A model generated the notes under the pieces. That model was not told the DNA's origin and ran no database searches. It saw only the letters and a program-made list of their open reading frames with translations. Shown here piece by piece: positions 37,578 to 50,182 of a stretch of 64,000 bases of DNA (the first letter of the stretch is position 1; every line of letters begins with the position of its first letter). The translations under genes were made by a program, and so were the position numbers. This DNA is from Octopus sinensis (Eukaryota): the NCBI RefSeq assembly GCF_006345805.1, contig NC_043006.1:5890001-5954000 (forward strand). Direction: 5' to 3'.

Positions 37578-37802
37578 TGAATAAACTTCTTTCTAAGACT
37601 GTATACTTTCACCCTAGCAACAAGAAGGGCGCATATGGGATTTTATTGCAGTGTGGCTAGGAAAGAGGCGAGTTGGTCGTAACTGGAATGACATTCTATG
37701 TTTGATCATGGATGACGTAGAACTAAAACAACCATCAAGAAAGTCACGTAATAACGGACTTAGATTTGAACAGTCGCTGGATTTGCTATAAATAACTTCA
37801 GA

Positions 37803-37871
37803 ACATATGGCGTAGTGGTTAAGAGCGCGGGCTACTAACCCCAAGATTCCGAGTTCGATTCCAGGCAGTGA

Positions 37872-37907
<36 letters not shown>

Positions 37908-38123
37908 CAACAACAACAATAACTATAACAATAATAATAACAACAACAACATCGAAAAATACCTTAGGAATGAGAACCCAGGTTCGAAATTTCCCCAAGA
38001 CACCTGATGAAGGCTGGAGGGTATATCAGCCGAAACGTTGTGTTAGCAACAAACAAGATGAGGACAAATATCCGTCAAATGTAAATGATGTACATAATTC
38101 CTCATCTCTTAAATATAGAACTG
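37803..38123 (+). mobile_element. tRNA-headed SINE/retrozyme-like element carrying a hammerhead ribozyme
   Basis: A box TGGCGTAGTGG (37808-37818), B box GTTCGATTCC (37853-37862), (AAT/AAC)n spacer, hammerhead at 37999-38044, 3' stem GATGAGGA/TCCTCATC; 11/13 direct repeat at 37797-37809 and 38124-38136. Confidence 0.75.
37999..38044 (+). ncRNA. Minimal type I hammerhead ribozyme (Penelope/retrozyme type)
   Basis: GACAC-CTGATGA-A-GGCTG-gagggtatat-CAGCC-GAAA-CG-TT/GTGTT: full catalytic core, 5-bp stem II, 5-bp stem I (one G-U), palindromic AACGTT in place of stem III; predicted cleavage between 38039 and 38040. Confidence 0.75.
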
Positions 38124-38224
38124 TTCAGAGTATATGTCAAATCACACACCATAAACTCTTCAGAGAGGGGCACATTTGGGCAATGTAGTCATAGATAAAA
38201 CGCCTTCATATAATATACATATAC

Positions 38225-38676
<452 letters not shown>

Positions 38677-38904
38677 CAGTAATGACACGATATACAAGTT
38701 AATTTGTTCCCGGAGACCGCTCGTAAAGTGAATACTCATAAAGTAGAACAATAATTTCCCATAAGAGCAATGTAATGAATCGTAATTCGTTCCCAGAAAA
38801 ATATTTTACCAATAAAATTTATAATACTCGTAATTAAATGCCAACAAAACAACAGTAGAATGTAAAGAATATTTTATGTAAAGTAAAAAAGAATGTCAAG
38901 ATCA

Positions 38905-39421
38905 TCTATATATATAAAACTGTAGTTGTGTGAGTGTCTGTCCCCTTCGATTTAGATTCCTAACTCCTCCCACATTTTGCGGTGCAGTTTAACCAAATTC
39001 GGGTATCTTATAGTCGTGATTAATATCGAGCCCGTCTGGCTATTAGCGCGCGTCTACGGTGAGTCTACGATTTTAAAAATAATTTAACATCATTTTTTAT
39101 TCCATTTTAATGCATAATTTTTCGTGTGTCGATGGCGGCGGAGTTGGCGTCCACGCTCAAACACCTGCACCTGTGTTTGCTTCTTCCCCTTCTTCCCTCC
39201 CTCGTGAAACTGTGGGGAAGGGAGTTTAAGGAAATCAATGTCGTAATGCGTTGTCAAGGAGACCAGCGTTCTTTTAGAACAACGACTTCATGGCTTGAAG
39301 ACACCAAAACAGAAATGGCTAAGAAAGCCCGAATTGGCATCTATAAAGGAAGTAACTCTCTAAAAATGCTTATATAGTTATTTCCCTTACAAACCCGAGC
39401 AACGCCGGGCGATACTGCTAG
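38905..39421 (+). mobile_element. Non-autonomous Helitron, copy 1 (517 bp)
   Basis: A|TCTATATATATAAAA 5' end; 3' hairpin CCCG-A-GC-AAC-GC-CGGG (39394-39409), 8 nt, CTAG|T; inserted between A and T with no TSD; homologous to 55108-55505. Confidence 0.88.
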
Positions 39422-39804
39422 TTTATAATAAAACAAAATATTATTATTATTATTGAATCACTTTTACTATTAGTAGACTCGCACACACTATCACTTGTAG
39501 ACACGATCGTCGGTTCACAAGCAATCGTAGACGGACTCGTGGATTTCTTTTTTAAAATCAAGTATAAAGTTGCTTGCTTAGAAAGGCGTTTTTTTCGTTC
39601 TCTATAAATTTCTCGGTAACACTTAGAAGCATTTGTTATGCAGTAGAAACTTCTGCACTTCGTTAAAAATTTGGATCATGTGCTTGAAAAAAATGTATAA
39701 TGAAATAAAACTCGTAAACCCGGGGTCTCGTAAAAGGAGATATTACTGTGTGTGCATGTATATATATATATGTGTGTGTGCGTGTGTGTGTTTGTGTGTG
39801 TGTG

Positions 39805-39945
39805 CAGGCGTTGTTGTGTGGTACGTAGCTTGCTTCCAAACCCCTTGGTTTCGGATTCAGTTCCACTGCATAAACGTATATATATATATATACATATACA
39901 TACGCACAATTGGATTTCTTTCAGTTTCCGTGCACCAATCCAGAG
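39805..39945. mobile_element. Degraded SINE family A pieces in opposite orientations
   Basis: Head-like TGTGTGGTACGTAGCTTGCTT..GGATTCAGTTCCACTGC, then reverse-complement TTCTTTCAGTTTCCGT. Confidence 0.55.
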
Positions 39946-39954
39946 TATAGTAGG

Positions 39955-40320
<366 letters not shown>

Positions 40321-40584
40321 CATGCACGCACACGCAAACATATTTATATGTGTGTGTATACCTACATATACAAAAAGGCACATACATAATAACTATATAT
40401 ACATACATACATAATACATACATACATACATACATACATAAAATCACTTTTACCAACGCACAGCCACAACAATTCATGCAGTCTACTGTCAACCCTCTAA
40501 AAGTTCTCTGTGTGTTGTAACAGTAGTAATAGCCATGCTTTCTCCGTCTTTCCTTTCTTTCTTCCCCTCCCTCTCTCTTTTCTT

Positions 40585-40680
40585 CCATTGACGTCACGCG
40601 CTGGCGGAGCTTACATCGATCGTTGGCAACCATAGTAGCGCTCAGTTCTGGTCGGTTGCCTGCTTGTCTTTATTGGAAAG
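40585..40680. promoter_or_regulatory. Candidate promoter: CpG cluster with perfect CRE, RFX-like half site and inverted CCAAT
   Basis: TGACGTCA at 40589-40596, GTTGGCAAC at 40622-40630, ATTGG at 40672-40676; eight CpGs in ~72 bp of apparently non-repeat sequence. Confidence 0.3.
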
Positions 40681-41415
40681 ACAACTGCAACTTGCACCAT
40701 TCCATTTCTACAGACTGACAAAATCTCTCCCAGAATACTACTAGTTCACATTCTTGGAAGCGTGCGCATAACAATATCAATACAACACACCTTGAAATAG
40801 GGAACACACATTTCGCTTCTTTATAACCAATGCTTTTTATTGTTTTTAAAGGGTTTCTAGAATTACACACACACACACACACACTCATATATATATATAT
40901 ATTATATTATATATATAATATATATAATATATATATATACATACATATATACATATATATATAGATAGATAGATATATAGATATATAGATATAATATATA
41001 TATGTATATATATATATATATATAATATATATATATATGTGCGTTTTATGGTATTATATCACGATATTTTCTATAATATATAAACTACCTTATTGCCTTG
41101 CCTAAGGAAATATATCGTTATGCGTTGATGCAGAAAAAGAAAGCATTATTATATTTTGTTCATAAATTGCGAAACAAAATAAATAAATAAATACATAAAT
41201 AAATAATAAACATGAAGTCGGAAGTGTGATACAGGCTTTAATACAATGTAATCGTATTCAAGGTTATTGTGGCTTTACATAGCAACAACATCAGTAATAC
41301 AACCATGAGATATGAATCAGTTATTTAAAAATGTCGAACTAAGCCATACATTCAACACACCACACACACAAACACACACACACCACACACACACAACCAC
41401 ACACAACACACATAT

Positions 41416-41466
<51 letters not shown>

Positions 41467-41929
41467 GGATGGCATTATTAAAATACCATCACTAGTGGTA
41501 AGCGAATTACAATATTAGATATGTGCATATATACACATGAGTACCTATATCGCTAATGATAGATATATATACACACATATATATATATACATTCATATAC
41601 ATACATGCATACATATACATATATGCATAGAAACATGCATACATACATGTATGTATGTATATATGTATGTATGTATGTATGTATACATATATGTATGCAT
41701 ACATACATATATACATACATACATACATATTAGGTATCTAGATGCCTAGCTAGACAACAGAACCTCAAGAGAGTAGCTGGACCTGAGAGAAATAGCAGCC
41801 ATATTAGCATTCCCTGCCTCCTTAAAGAAGGACACATAGCACAGCGTAATCCCTATACAAAATGAAGAGATTATTTCGGATAATTACAGGTTTTATCGAC
41901 TTGTATTAGTCATAGTTAAATATGAACGC

Positions 41930-41945
41930 ACTTATATATATGTAT

Positions 41946-41999
<54 letters not shown>

Positions 42000-42150
42000 C
42001 ATACATATCCAAACACACGTACTCACATGTATGGATGTATGCATGCATGCATGTATGTATGTATGTATGTATGTATGCATGAATGCATGTATGTGTTTGT
42101 GTGTGTATATGTATGTGTGTGTGTGTTTGTGAGTGTGGTATGTAGATAGA

Positions 42151-42181
<31 letters not shown>

Positions 42182-42236
42182 TATAATAGATAGATAGATA
42201 GAAATAGATAGATAGATAGTAGATAGATAGATATAG

Positions 42237-42323
<87 letters not shown>

Positions 42324-42342
42324 CAGACAGATAGATAGATAA

Positions 42343-42408
<66 letters not shown>
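41930..42408. repeat. Compound (TA)/(TATG)/(GATA)n microsatellite
   Basis: Direct reading. Confidence 0.95.
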
Positions 42409-42409
<1 letters not shown>

Positions 42410-43545
42410 TGTTTCTTTATTAGCCACACAGGGCTGCACACAGACAGAACAAATTACAAGGTAGAGCTTTTCTTTTGGGGGTAAAAAAAGGGGGTTGGTT
42501 TTCGATCAAAAGGGATCGTAAAAGGAAAGAAAGAGGACAAAAAAGGGGAGGATTTTTTTAAAAAGGGGGGGAGAGGGAAAAAAAGAAAAGGGGAGAGGAA
42601 AAAAAAGTTGATCAATAGGGATCGTAATCACAGAAATGTCAATATGAAGTGTAAAGGGGAGGACAGGTGAGGTTTACCCGTGGAAGGAAAAGCCTACGGT
42701 AACCTCGGTCAATAAAGTCACATGTTATATTTCTTTTCTTTTTTTTTGCAAATAAGCAACTCTCTGTATTAATTTTTACGGTTCATAGAATCATAGTCAA
42801 GGTGGCTTCGTCATTCATACGTGCCATCCTTGCTACATTCACCCATCTTTTTTTAAAACATTCACTAGACAAAACTTGCCTCTCTACTCTCACTTCCCTC
42901 TTCAAGTGATACTTGAAGAAGTTGATGAGAGATTGACCAGAGAGGAAAGTGTTTGTCTCTAATCCTTTCAGTCGCGTCCACCAGATACATTCTTTCGCCA
43001 TAGCCACAAGTATGATAAAAATAGCTCTTCCTTCCCGTTTGAAGGAAGGAGGCGTGACGATATTAACGATAGACTCGGCTGATAAACCGACACGTCCCAC
43101 ACGTGACAGCAGTCGTTCGGCATAAGCCCACAGGTCGGAAATTGCTGGACACTGCACGATTGCGTGCAGAGCGGTTTCGTCGCTCTGCCCGCATCTCGGG
43201 CAGGTCGGCCCCGTGTTTCTCGAGCCATGCCTATAGAGCTTATCCCGAACGGTAGCGCTTCTCGGTGCTTGTGCACCATCGCCTCAATACTCAAGATATC
43301 AGTTGTCCTCAGGACCTGTGTGCCTGGAGTTTTTAAGGTTCAGCCAACATTCAGAAAGTGTCTGAGAGACATCTCTGATGAAATCGTTCGAGGACCCTTA
43401 CATGACGTTTGTAAAGAGTCCATGTCTCACATGAGTGAAAGAGCGATGTCAGTATTCATACACAGTACACAGCAATTTTTGTCTGCTCTGTGATGCCATG
43501 CTGGGACCAGACACGAGACTGAAGAGACCGGAAGGAATCAGTTAC
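42409..43545 (-). mobile_element. Tx1/L1-clade LINE 3' fragment (zf-RVT-like C-terminus plus 3' UTR)
   Basis: CPRCGQSDETALHAIVQCP..SDLWAY.ERLL..., MAKECIWWTRLKG, stop at 42783; T-rich 3' UTR ends AATAAAGAAACA next to (TATC)n. Confidence 0.8.
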
Positions 43546-43617
43546 TCTCTGCAGCCTGAAAGATATTTCATCATCCAGGGAGCAGGAACGGCTGAGTGTG
43601 TTATATACATATAGATA

Positions 43618-43804
43618 TACCGTATTTTATTTAACGTGTTTAAGGAACCCACTTTTGTCAAAAATTTGGTTAAAAAAATATGGGAGTTCTTATACATGAA
43701 TAGAATTATAATCCCTAACAAAACCTTTTTTCCAACGTTTTGAGTCCAAAATATTAGGGAGTTCCTTATACACAAGGGTTCCTTATGCACGTTAAAATAC
43801 GGTA
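43618..43804. mobile_element. Tc1/mariner/pogo-type MITE with TA TSD
   Basis: TA|CCGTATTTT(attt)AACGTG ... CACGTTAAAATACGG|TA inverted termini. Confidence 0.8.
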
Positions 43805-43856
43805 TGTCAATATATATATTTATTTTTACAATCATCATCATCAACATTACTATTAA

Positions 43857-43909
<53 letters not shown>

Positions 43910-44336
43910 TATTCTATGTTTGACTTTTGCTTTATATTTGTACAAGTTGGCTCCAAGTCTCACCCAGAGACCTCAAGAGACAACAGGTTGGAAGTTCATG
44001 TTGTTGTTATGCCTAGCGTGCCATATATTTGGTTTTGTATTTAGTGTTGTACTAGTGAATGTCTAAAAAAAAAACGAAAATTATGTTTGTTTTAAACCCT
44101 GAGATTACATAGAAAGTATTTTGCGTAGGATATGAGCAGTTCCCATGAGCACTATCTTTTGAATTTCTGCCATTTTCGGGTTTCCTGGTATCTGAGTTAG
44201 GTAGCAATCAGCCCCTTTCGCTATCATTCCCAGGGCACCTATGACAACAGGTATTGTTTTAGTTTTCAGGTTCCACATTTTGCTGATTTCTATTTCAAGA
44301 TCTTTATATTTGCTCAGGTTTTTGGTAGGTCTTGAC

Positions 44337-44337
<1 letters not shown>
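43910..44337 (-). mobile_element. R4/Dong 3' fragment embedded in (TAA)n
   Basis: Minus strand LSKYKDLEIEISKMWNLKTKTIPVVIGALG...IQKIVLMGTAHILRKILSM*, then 3' UTR; flanked by (ATT)n at 43847-43908 and (TAT)n at 44338-44430. Confidence 0.9.
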
Positions 44338-44430
<93 letters not shown>

Positions 44431-44564
44431 GAGTGAGAGAGCAACGCATGCCATCAAAGTGACACTTGGCTACAAATATACGAAGCCCGATATACTTATT
44501 ATGACTACCCATCTGATAAAGGTACACCAGGCTAGAACCCCGGGAGAACACAGATTAAGACAGC

Positions 44565-44616
<52 letters not shown>

Positions 44617-44659
44617 ACACACGGACACGGACACACCCATGCACACGCACACACATAGT

Positions 44660-45000
44660 AGGTCAAAATCAAAAACAGCTAATAATAACGGGCCATATTA
44701 CCCACCTCTAATAACTAAAAATATAGATTATACAACACCTAAGGAACCACAAAAAAGCGGTGGACGCTCATTTCTATGGTATACACCTCCCTTCTCATTA
44801 AGTCTTAAGAACTTAGCCAAATCCTTTTTTAATATATTAGACTCCAACTTCCCTCGTCAACTCTATATTTAATAGATCCATTTTAAAGCTATCCTACACT
44901 TCCCACGCCCAATCTAGAGTCTATTGTAACAGCCTCTAATAGATGAAAACTTTCTATCTACTATCAAAATATATACTGAAACAATCCCGAATACACTAGC
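44660..45000 (+). mobile_element. Penelope-like element fragment (RT-endonuclease linker)
   Basis: LWYTPPFSLSLKNLAKSFFNILDSNFP...LKLSY resembles the recalled PLE motif WFNPP.S..V.TN.G..FL..ID.HFP...K.SYS. Confidence 0.65.
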
Positions 45001-45009
45001 ACCCAACAA

Positions 45010-45670
45010 ATGCATAGCTCCAATGGAATGTATGAACCTATTTGGTATTGCATCGAATGTTGAGCGCTTGCTTGGAAAAAGTATGGCAAAATGGGAGACG
45101 GAACTGACAGCATATGGAAGCAGTTTAGGGACAATAGAAATCAGAAAAGGTATCTTCCGAGGGGGCTGCCTGTCCCTTCTGAACTTTGTATTGTGCATGA
45201 TACCACTAACACTGATTCTGAGGAAAGCAAAGGCTGGGTATGTTTTCAAAAGCCGCCAACAAAAAGTCAACCACTTGTTATTCATGGATGACCTCAAACT
45301 TTATGGTAAAGATGAATCCCAAGTCAGTTCCCTCATTGAAACAGTGTATAATTTCATTGCTGAGTTCGGACTGAGAAAGTGTGGTGTGTTAGTCTTGAAG
45401 AGAGGCAAAATCAAATGTATGGACGGGCTAGTGATATCGTCGTGGGAGATTATGAAGCAGATAGAAGAGACGGGCTATAAGTACTTGGGGATTTTGGAAA
45501 TGGATAAATGGATGGGAAAAGAAATAACATAAATTTAAGGTGGAATACTTGCGCAGATTGAGACTGATCCTTAAGTCGAAATTGAACGGGCGGAATAAGA
45601 TTGAAACCTGGGCGGTTTCACTACTTAGATATGGATCAGGGGTAATTGCATGGACAGTAGACGAACTAAA
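45010..45670 (+). mobile_element. R4/Dong RT fragment
   Basis: KW.TELT, IRKGIF.G..LS.L.F, VNHLLFMDDLKLYGK, KCG.LVLKRGK, YKYLGILE, TWAVSLLRYG.G.I.W. Confidence 0.9.
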
Positions 45671-45999
45671 TTGACTTCTAAAATTTTGAAATATATTTGA
45701 AAGAAAAATAGTTAACACCAAACAGATAATTATTTACTTAAAAATCATGCCAAGGCTCGTTGTCATACATTTTTTTTATCTGTACATCTGAAGAACATCT
45801 CTCTCTCTCTCTCTCTATCTCTCTTTCTTTCTCTCTTTCTCATTCTCTCTCTCTTCTCAATTCCCTCTCTTCCTTTTTCATCTCCCTCTCTCTTTCTTTC
45901 CCTTTCTCTCCTTCTCTCTCCCGTCTTTCTCCCATCCCCCTATTTCTCCCATCCCTTCTTTCTTCCATCCCCGCTCTCTTTTTCTTTCTCTAGTTCTCT

Positions 46000-46056
<57 letters not shown>

Positions 46057-46249
46057 CTGTAGAACTTTTTATGGAGAAATTGTTCATGGATTTATTTAAA
46101 ATTCGAAAGCATCTGTAAAAAGTATTTAATTATAAGAATTCTTAGTTGTTCAGCATCCTGACTTTCATTGCCTTTATCTTCTTCGACACGCTGCTGTTCT
46201 ATTTCCTCGGAATCCTTATAATGATTTTTCTTCCCATTCATTTATTTCA

Positions 46250-47340
46250 TAAAATTCATCCTTGTGTACCAATCCAAAATGTTACTGATAAGCATTTTTT
46301 TTTTTATTGGATCCACAAAACCGAAGTCGCCTGCAATCTGAAAGAATTTCTACACCAGAAAAGATTCGTTGTGGTTAATTTCATTTCTCGCCATTCCTCT
46401 GTCAAATTTTCGACAACGTTCAGGAAATGACAACCACACAAACAATCCTTTACAGTAAGTTTAGTTTCAGCATCTAAGAACATAATCAATTGCATAAAAA
46501 GGCGCCGTAAATCGTATTCTTTGAATGTAGCAATAACTCCTTGACCCATGAATCGAATCATGCTGGTTGTGTTTGGAAGCAGAAAAGTTAATTGAACATT
46601 ATCCATCATAGATGGAAAGCTTAGAGTTTTGTCTACATGAAGCAGTGTTATATTTTCAATGATCTCATCCCAACAATATTTTATTACAGCAAGGCAAAAA
46701 CACAAAGTAAACTGATCTTGAAAAGGTGTTCTCGTGATACATTCCGTTTTTATTTGATCACTAAAGAAGAGGAAAACGTGATTTAGAGTTGTCTTTCTTA
46801 ATTAAAGGTATCTCTAAATGTTAAACAATCAGTAGTAAGATCCTGAAGCATTACTACCATGTAAGAGAGCCGTACAGTCTTTGGCAGTAATAAACCCTGG
46901 CCTTTTTTCTTTTTTTCTTTTTTAGAGGTTTGTTTTGTCATTCGTTTCTGAAACGGGTCATCTCCATCAGTATAAACAATGTGTCTCTTCATCAATAATA
47001 TTTTTCAATAAAGCTCGAAAAGTAGATGCAACTTCTTTGACAGCACTTGCAAACTCACTTGCAGACACGCCTGCACATCCACTTGCAGACTGATAGTTAT
47101 CTTGAATGTTTAACAATTTAAAGCGTTTCTTGAAACCTTCAAACCAACAACGACATATTACGAACTTTTCACTTTCGGTACTAGAACTCTGTTTCTTTAG
47201 TTCATCCTATAAAGTTTTCATTTACATAACAGGTAGTGAACATAGAGTATTACGCTGTCGCACGTCACCAGTCATTTATTAAAATATTTTCCTTACACTG
47301 CTTTATTTCTTGTTAATTTTGTAGCAACAAAAGGTGCTGC
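46250..47340 (-). mobile_element. pogo/Tigger DDE transposase remnant
   Basis: VQLTFLLPNTTSMI..M.QGVIATFK..Y/D.RR (DDE_1 motif LPPNTTS.IQPMDQG); upstream W..GFKKRF.L...ASEF segment like a CENP-B HTH-linker region. Confidence 0.75.
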
Positions 47341-47477
47341 ACTCAAAACATTGTTGGTCGCAGAATAAAAGCGCTTCCAATTGCTACAGCTCGCTGGCCA
47401 TTCTTTAATCTTTGTAAGATTTCAAGACTTAATCCACTGCTTGGTTGTGACCTGAGTGCCAAGGGGGCGGCAACCCG

Positions 47478-47497
47478 AAAAAGTTTGGGAACCACTG
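47478..47497 (-). mobile_element. Solitary hAT/Charlie-type terminal inverted repeat
   Basis: Minus strand CAGTGGTTCCCAAACTTTTT; partner TIR not found. Confidence 0.45.
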
Positions 47498-47833
47498 GTT
47501 TAACATCAACATCTGGTAACTTGAGTGACTTTTGTGGCAAGCATTCGGGCCAGATTTTACGGTTTGAGGTTGTTTCTCACTCACTCTTACCAATCACAGA
47601 GGCCCAGTAAAGGGTTATGGACACAACCTTTCCTTCTGACTATAAGAATTTTTAAAAAGCAATGGTGTGTAAGCACAAGTTTATTTATTTTGTTTTTCGC
47701 AAGAGGGCTAAATCAAAGTACAAGTCACAAGAAGGACCTCAGACAGACAATACTTTAAGCAATATGCGTGTAGTTCCAATTAATGTAAAACACCTAGATT
47801 TTAGGGTGTTTCTAAATAATATTAATACACGTG

Positions 47834-48065
47834 AGGCGGCTAGCTGGCAGAAACGTTAGCACGCTGAGCGAAATGCCTAGCGGTATTTCGTCTGCTGCTA
47901 CGTTCTGAGTTCAAATTCTGCCGAGGTCGACTTTGCCTTTCATCCTTTCGGGGTCGATTAAATAAGCACCAGTAAATCTCTGGGATCGATATAATCGACT
48001 TCATCCCTTTGTCTGTCCTTGTTTGTCTCCTCTATGTTTAGCCCCCTGTGAGCAATAAAGAAATA
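47834..48065 (+). mobile_element. SINE family B young subtype, full-length with TSD
   Basis: Perfect 16-bp TSD AATATTAATACACGTG at 47818-47833 and 48066-48081. Confidence 0.95.
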
Positions 48066-48129
48066 AATATTAATACACGTGTGAAAGAAATTGTTTTGGT
48101 CAAGATTTTTCCAGTTTCTTTTTTCTTGT

Positions 48130-48215
48130 ATCAAGCAATTGAGCACTGGAATCAATGCAATCGACTTACTCCCTTTCCCAAATGCTGGCCTTGTGCCAAA
48201 ATTTGAAACTATTAT
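48130..48215 (+). mobile_element. SINE family B older-subtype tail fragment
   Basis: GAGCACTGG..CAATCGACTT..CCCAAATGCTGGCCTTGTGCCAAAATTTGAAAC. Confidence 0.65.
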
Positions 48216-48789
48216 CATTACTAGCAGAACCCGTGGAAATTCCAGTTATTTTGAAAATTGCATGATGAAATTGTATATTTTTCTGAAACATCTGATTCTT
48301 GAGATATAAAAATCCACATAGGTAGTATTGAAGGGGTAACTAATTGATCGATCAGTCTATCTATCTATCTACCCATCTATCTATTTGTCTGTCTGTCTGT
48401 CTATCTCACTACCTACCTATCTGTCTGTCTGTCTGTCTACCTACATACATATACACACACCTACTTACATACATACTTACATACATATTTATCGATCTGT
48501 CTATTATTCAAACTATTTATCTATATGCCTGTCTGTATGTCTGTCTGTCTTTCAATCTATCTATCTGTCTAAAAAATTGTTGGAGAAAAAATGCCCACGC
48601 AAAAATGAAAAGTTCATTGAAAATGCAAAGTTCTGCAGTTCTTTTCTTTTTTTTTCTTCGGAACTATAAAAAGAAAGCATTGTGTGTGTGTGTGTGTGTG
48701 TGTGCGCGTGTGCTCGCGCGTGTTAATAAAAATACGTTCGTATGTACTTAGCTGGTTAATGGACTCTTCTTCCACTTTTGGATACCTTG

Positions 48790-50010
48790 CCAGTATGAAA
48801 TGCACAGTTGTTGGATGATACGTTATGCTTATGTGTGGATTGGTTGGGTCGGAAGGAGAGGAAGGAGAATAGACTCGACCAAAACCTGTTTAAGTCGATC
48901 AACACTTATCGCCATATCAACAGGGGATGGATGGGGGTGGGGTGGAACTGCAATGTTGTTCCGGAGAAGCCTGGATCTCAAGACAGGGATAATCTTCCTG
49001 GGCCCAGAAGGTGAGCTGGTGATCTTGAATGTGAACAGTAGCGACGAGGTGCCTTCAAACTCGTGACTGTTTATGTTCTGACAGAGAAAGGACAAGCAAA
49101 TTCTTCAGACGTCTAGAAGTTTTCCTGAGAACGGCTCGACCTTTACTGCTAATGGGTGACCAAAACGCCATCTTTGACACAGGTTTAGACTGTGTGGGGC
49201 TAGCTAACTGTTATGAGGTGGGGTGCAAAGCCTCACAAACCTGCTCAGACGTTTTGAACTGACAGGTACCGACTAGATTTCCCGAATGTGCAACATTGCA
49301 CGAAGGGCACATTATCAGAGCTAAGACGCGTGTTCTAAGAAACGCAGGAACAAAAACCACTCGATGAGCCAAAGTGGCAGAGGCGAGACGCGGCAACAAA
49401 GCCACAATTCAGTCTTTGGTGAACCAAATGGTACTCGAGCCCGGGCGGATATGAGCAGCATTTCAGCAGCACTGTTTGGGACGAATGGTTGTCCGGAACG
49501 CAGAATAGATTTCAGTGCCTACCTTGACGGCATGCCACGACTCTCGGCAATAGGGTGGAGTGTTGTGAAATGCCGATAACAGCCGCAGATATACGGGATG
49601 TGATAATGGCCTGCATGGGGAATCGCCTGGTTTCGATGTTCTGCCCTATGCGCTTTACTTTTATATGCCAGTCTTTTTCAGCAGCCTCTTAGCAGATTCT
49701 TCCCAAATGGCAGCAGAATGAAAGAATTCCTAGTCCTATAATTCGAGGAGCGGTGGCAGTGCTTAAAAAGGACCCAAACAAAAGGGATCAAATAGAAAAT
49801 TTTAGGTCCATGCCGCTGATGAAGGCAGATTTCAAAATTTTGGCCAAGGTGTTAGCAAAGAGGTTTGTGCTTGTCGTCGACGAATATGCACCATCCCAAG
49901 CAGATCCATCAACGACAACCTCTGCCTCGTGCGATACAACATAGACAGAGTGGGTAAAGAAGCTGGTATGGATGGAGCTCTGATCAATTTCGATCAATCT
50001 AAAGCCTTCG
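48790..50010 (+). mobile_element. Tx1/L1-clade LINE fragment (APE endonuclease remnant to early RT), heavily deleted
   Basis: GGTAMLFRRSLDLK...PEG.LVIL.V (APE); LKKDPNKRDQIENFR...ADFKILAKVLAKR and GALINFDQSKAF (RT). Confidence 0.8.
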
Positions 50011-50011
50011 A

Positions 50012-50106
50012 GATGCCACATTTCTTCGATTTCAATCAGCAAATCTTTATATTTTCTGAGTTTATCAAATTCTTTTGCCAAAATATTATCATCACAAGGT
50101 ATGCTT
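50012..50106 (-). mobile_element. R4/Dong RLE fragment adjacent to (TTC)n(TTA)n
   Basis: Minus strand ISIPCDDNILAKEFDKLRKYKDLLIEIEEMWHL. Confidence 0.8.
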
Positions 50107-50134
50107 ATCATTCTTTTTCTTCTTCTTCTTCTTC

Positions 50135-50182
<48 letters not shown>

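Noticed and set aside
37803-37875. Possible tRNA gene (A and B boxes, anticodon-like arm)
   Set aside because: No paired acceptor stem or oligo-T terminator; it continues into repeat body, so it is a SINE head. The same applies to the heads at 15394, 16351 and 60127.
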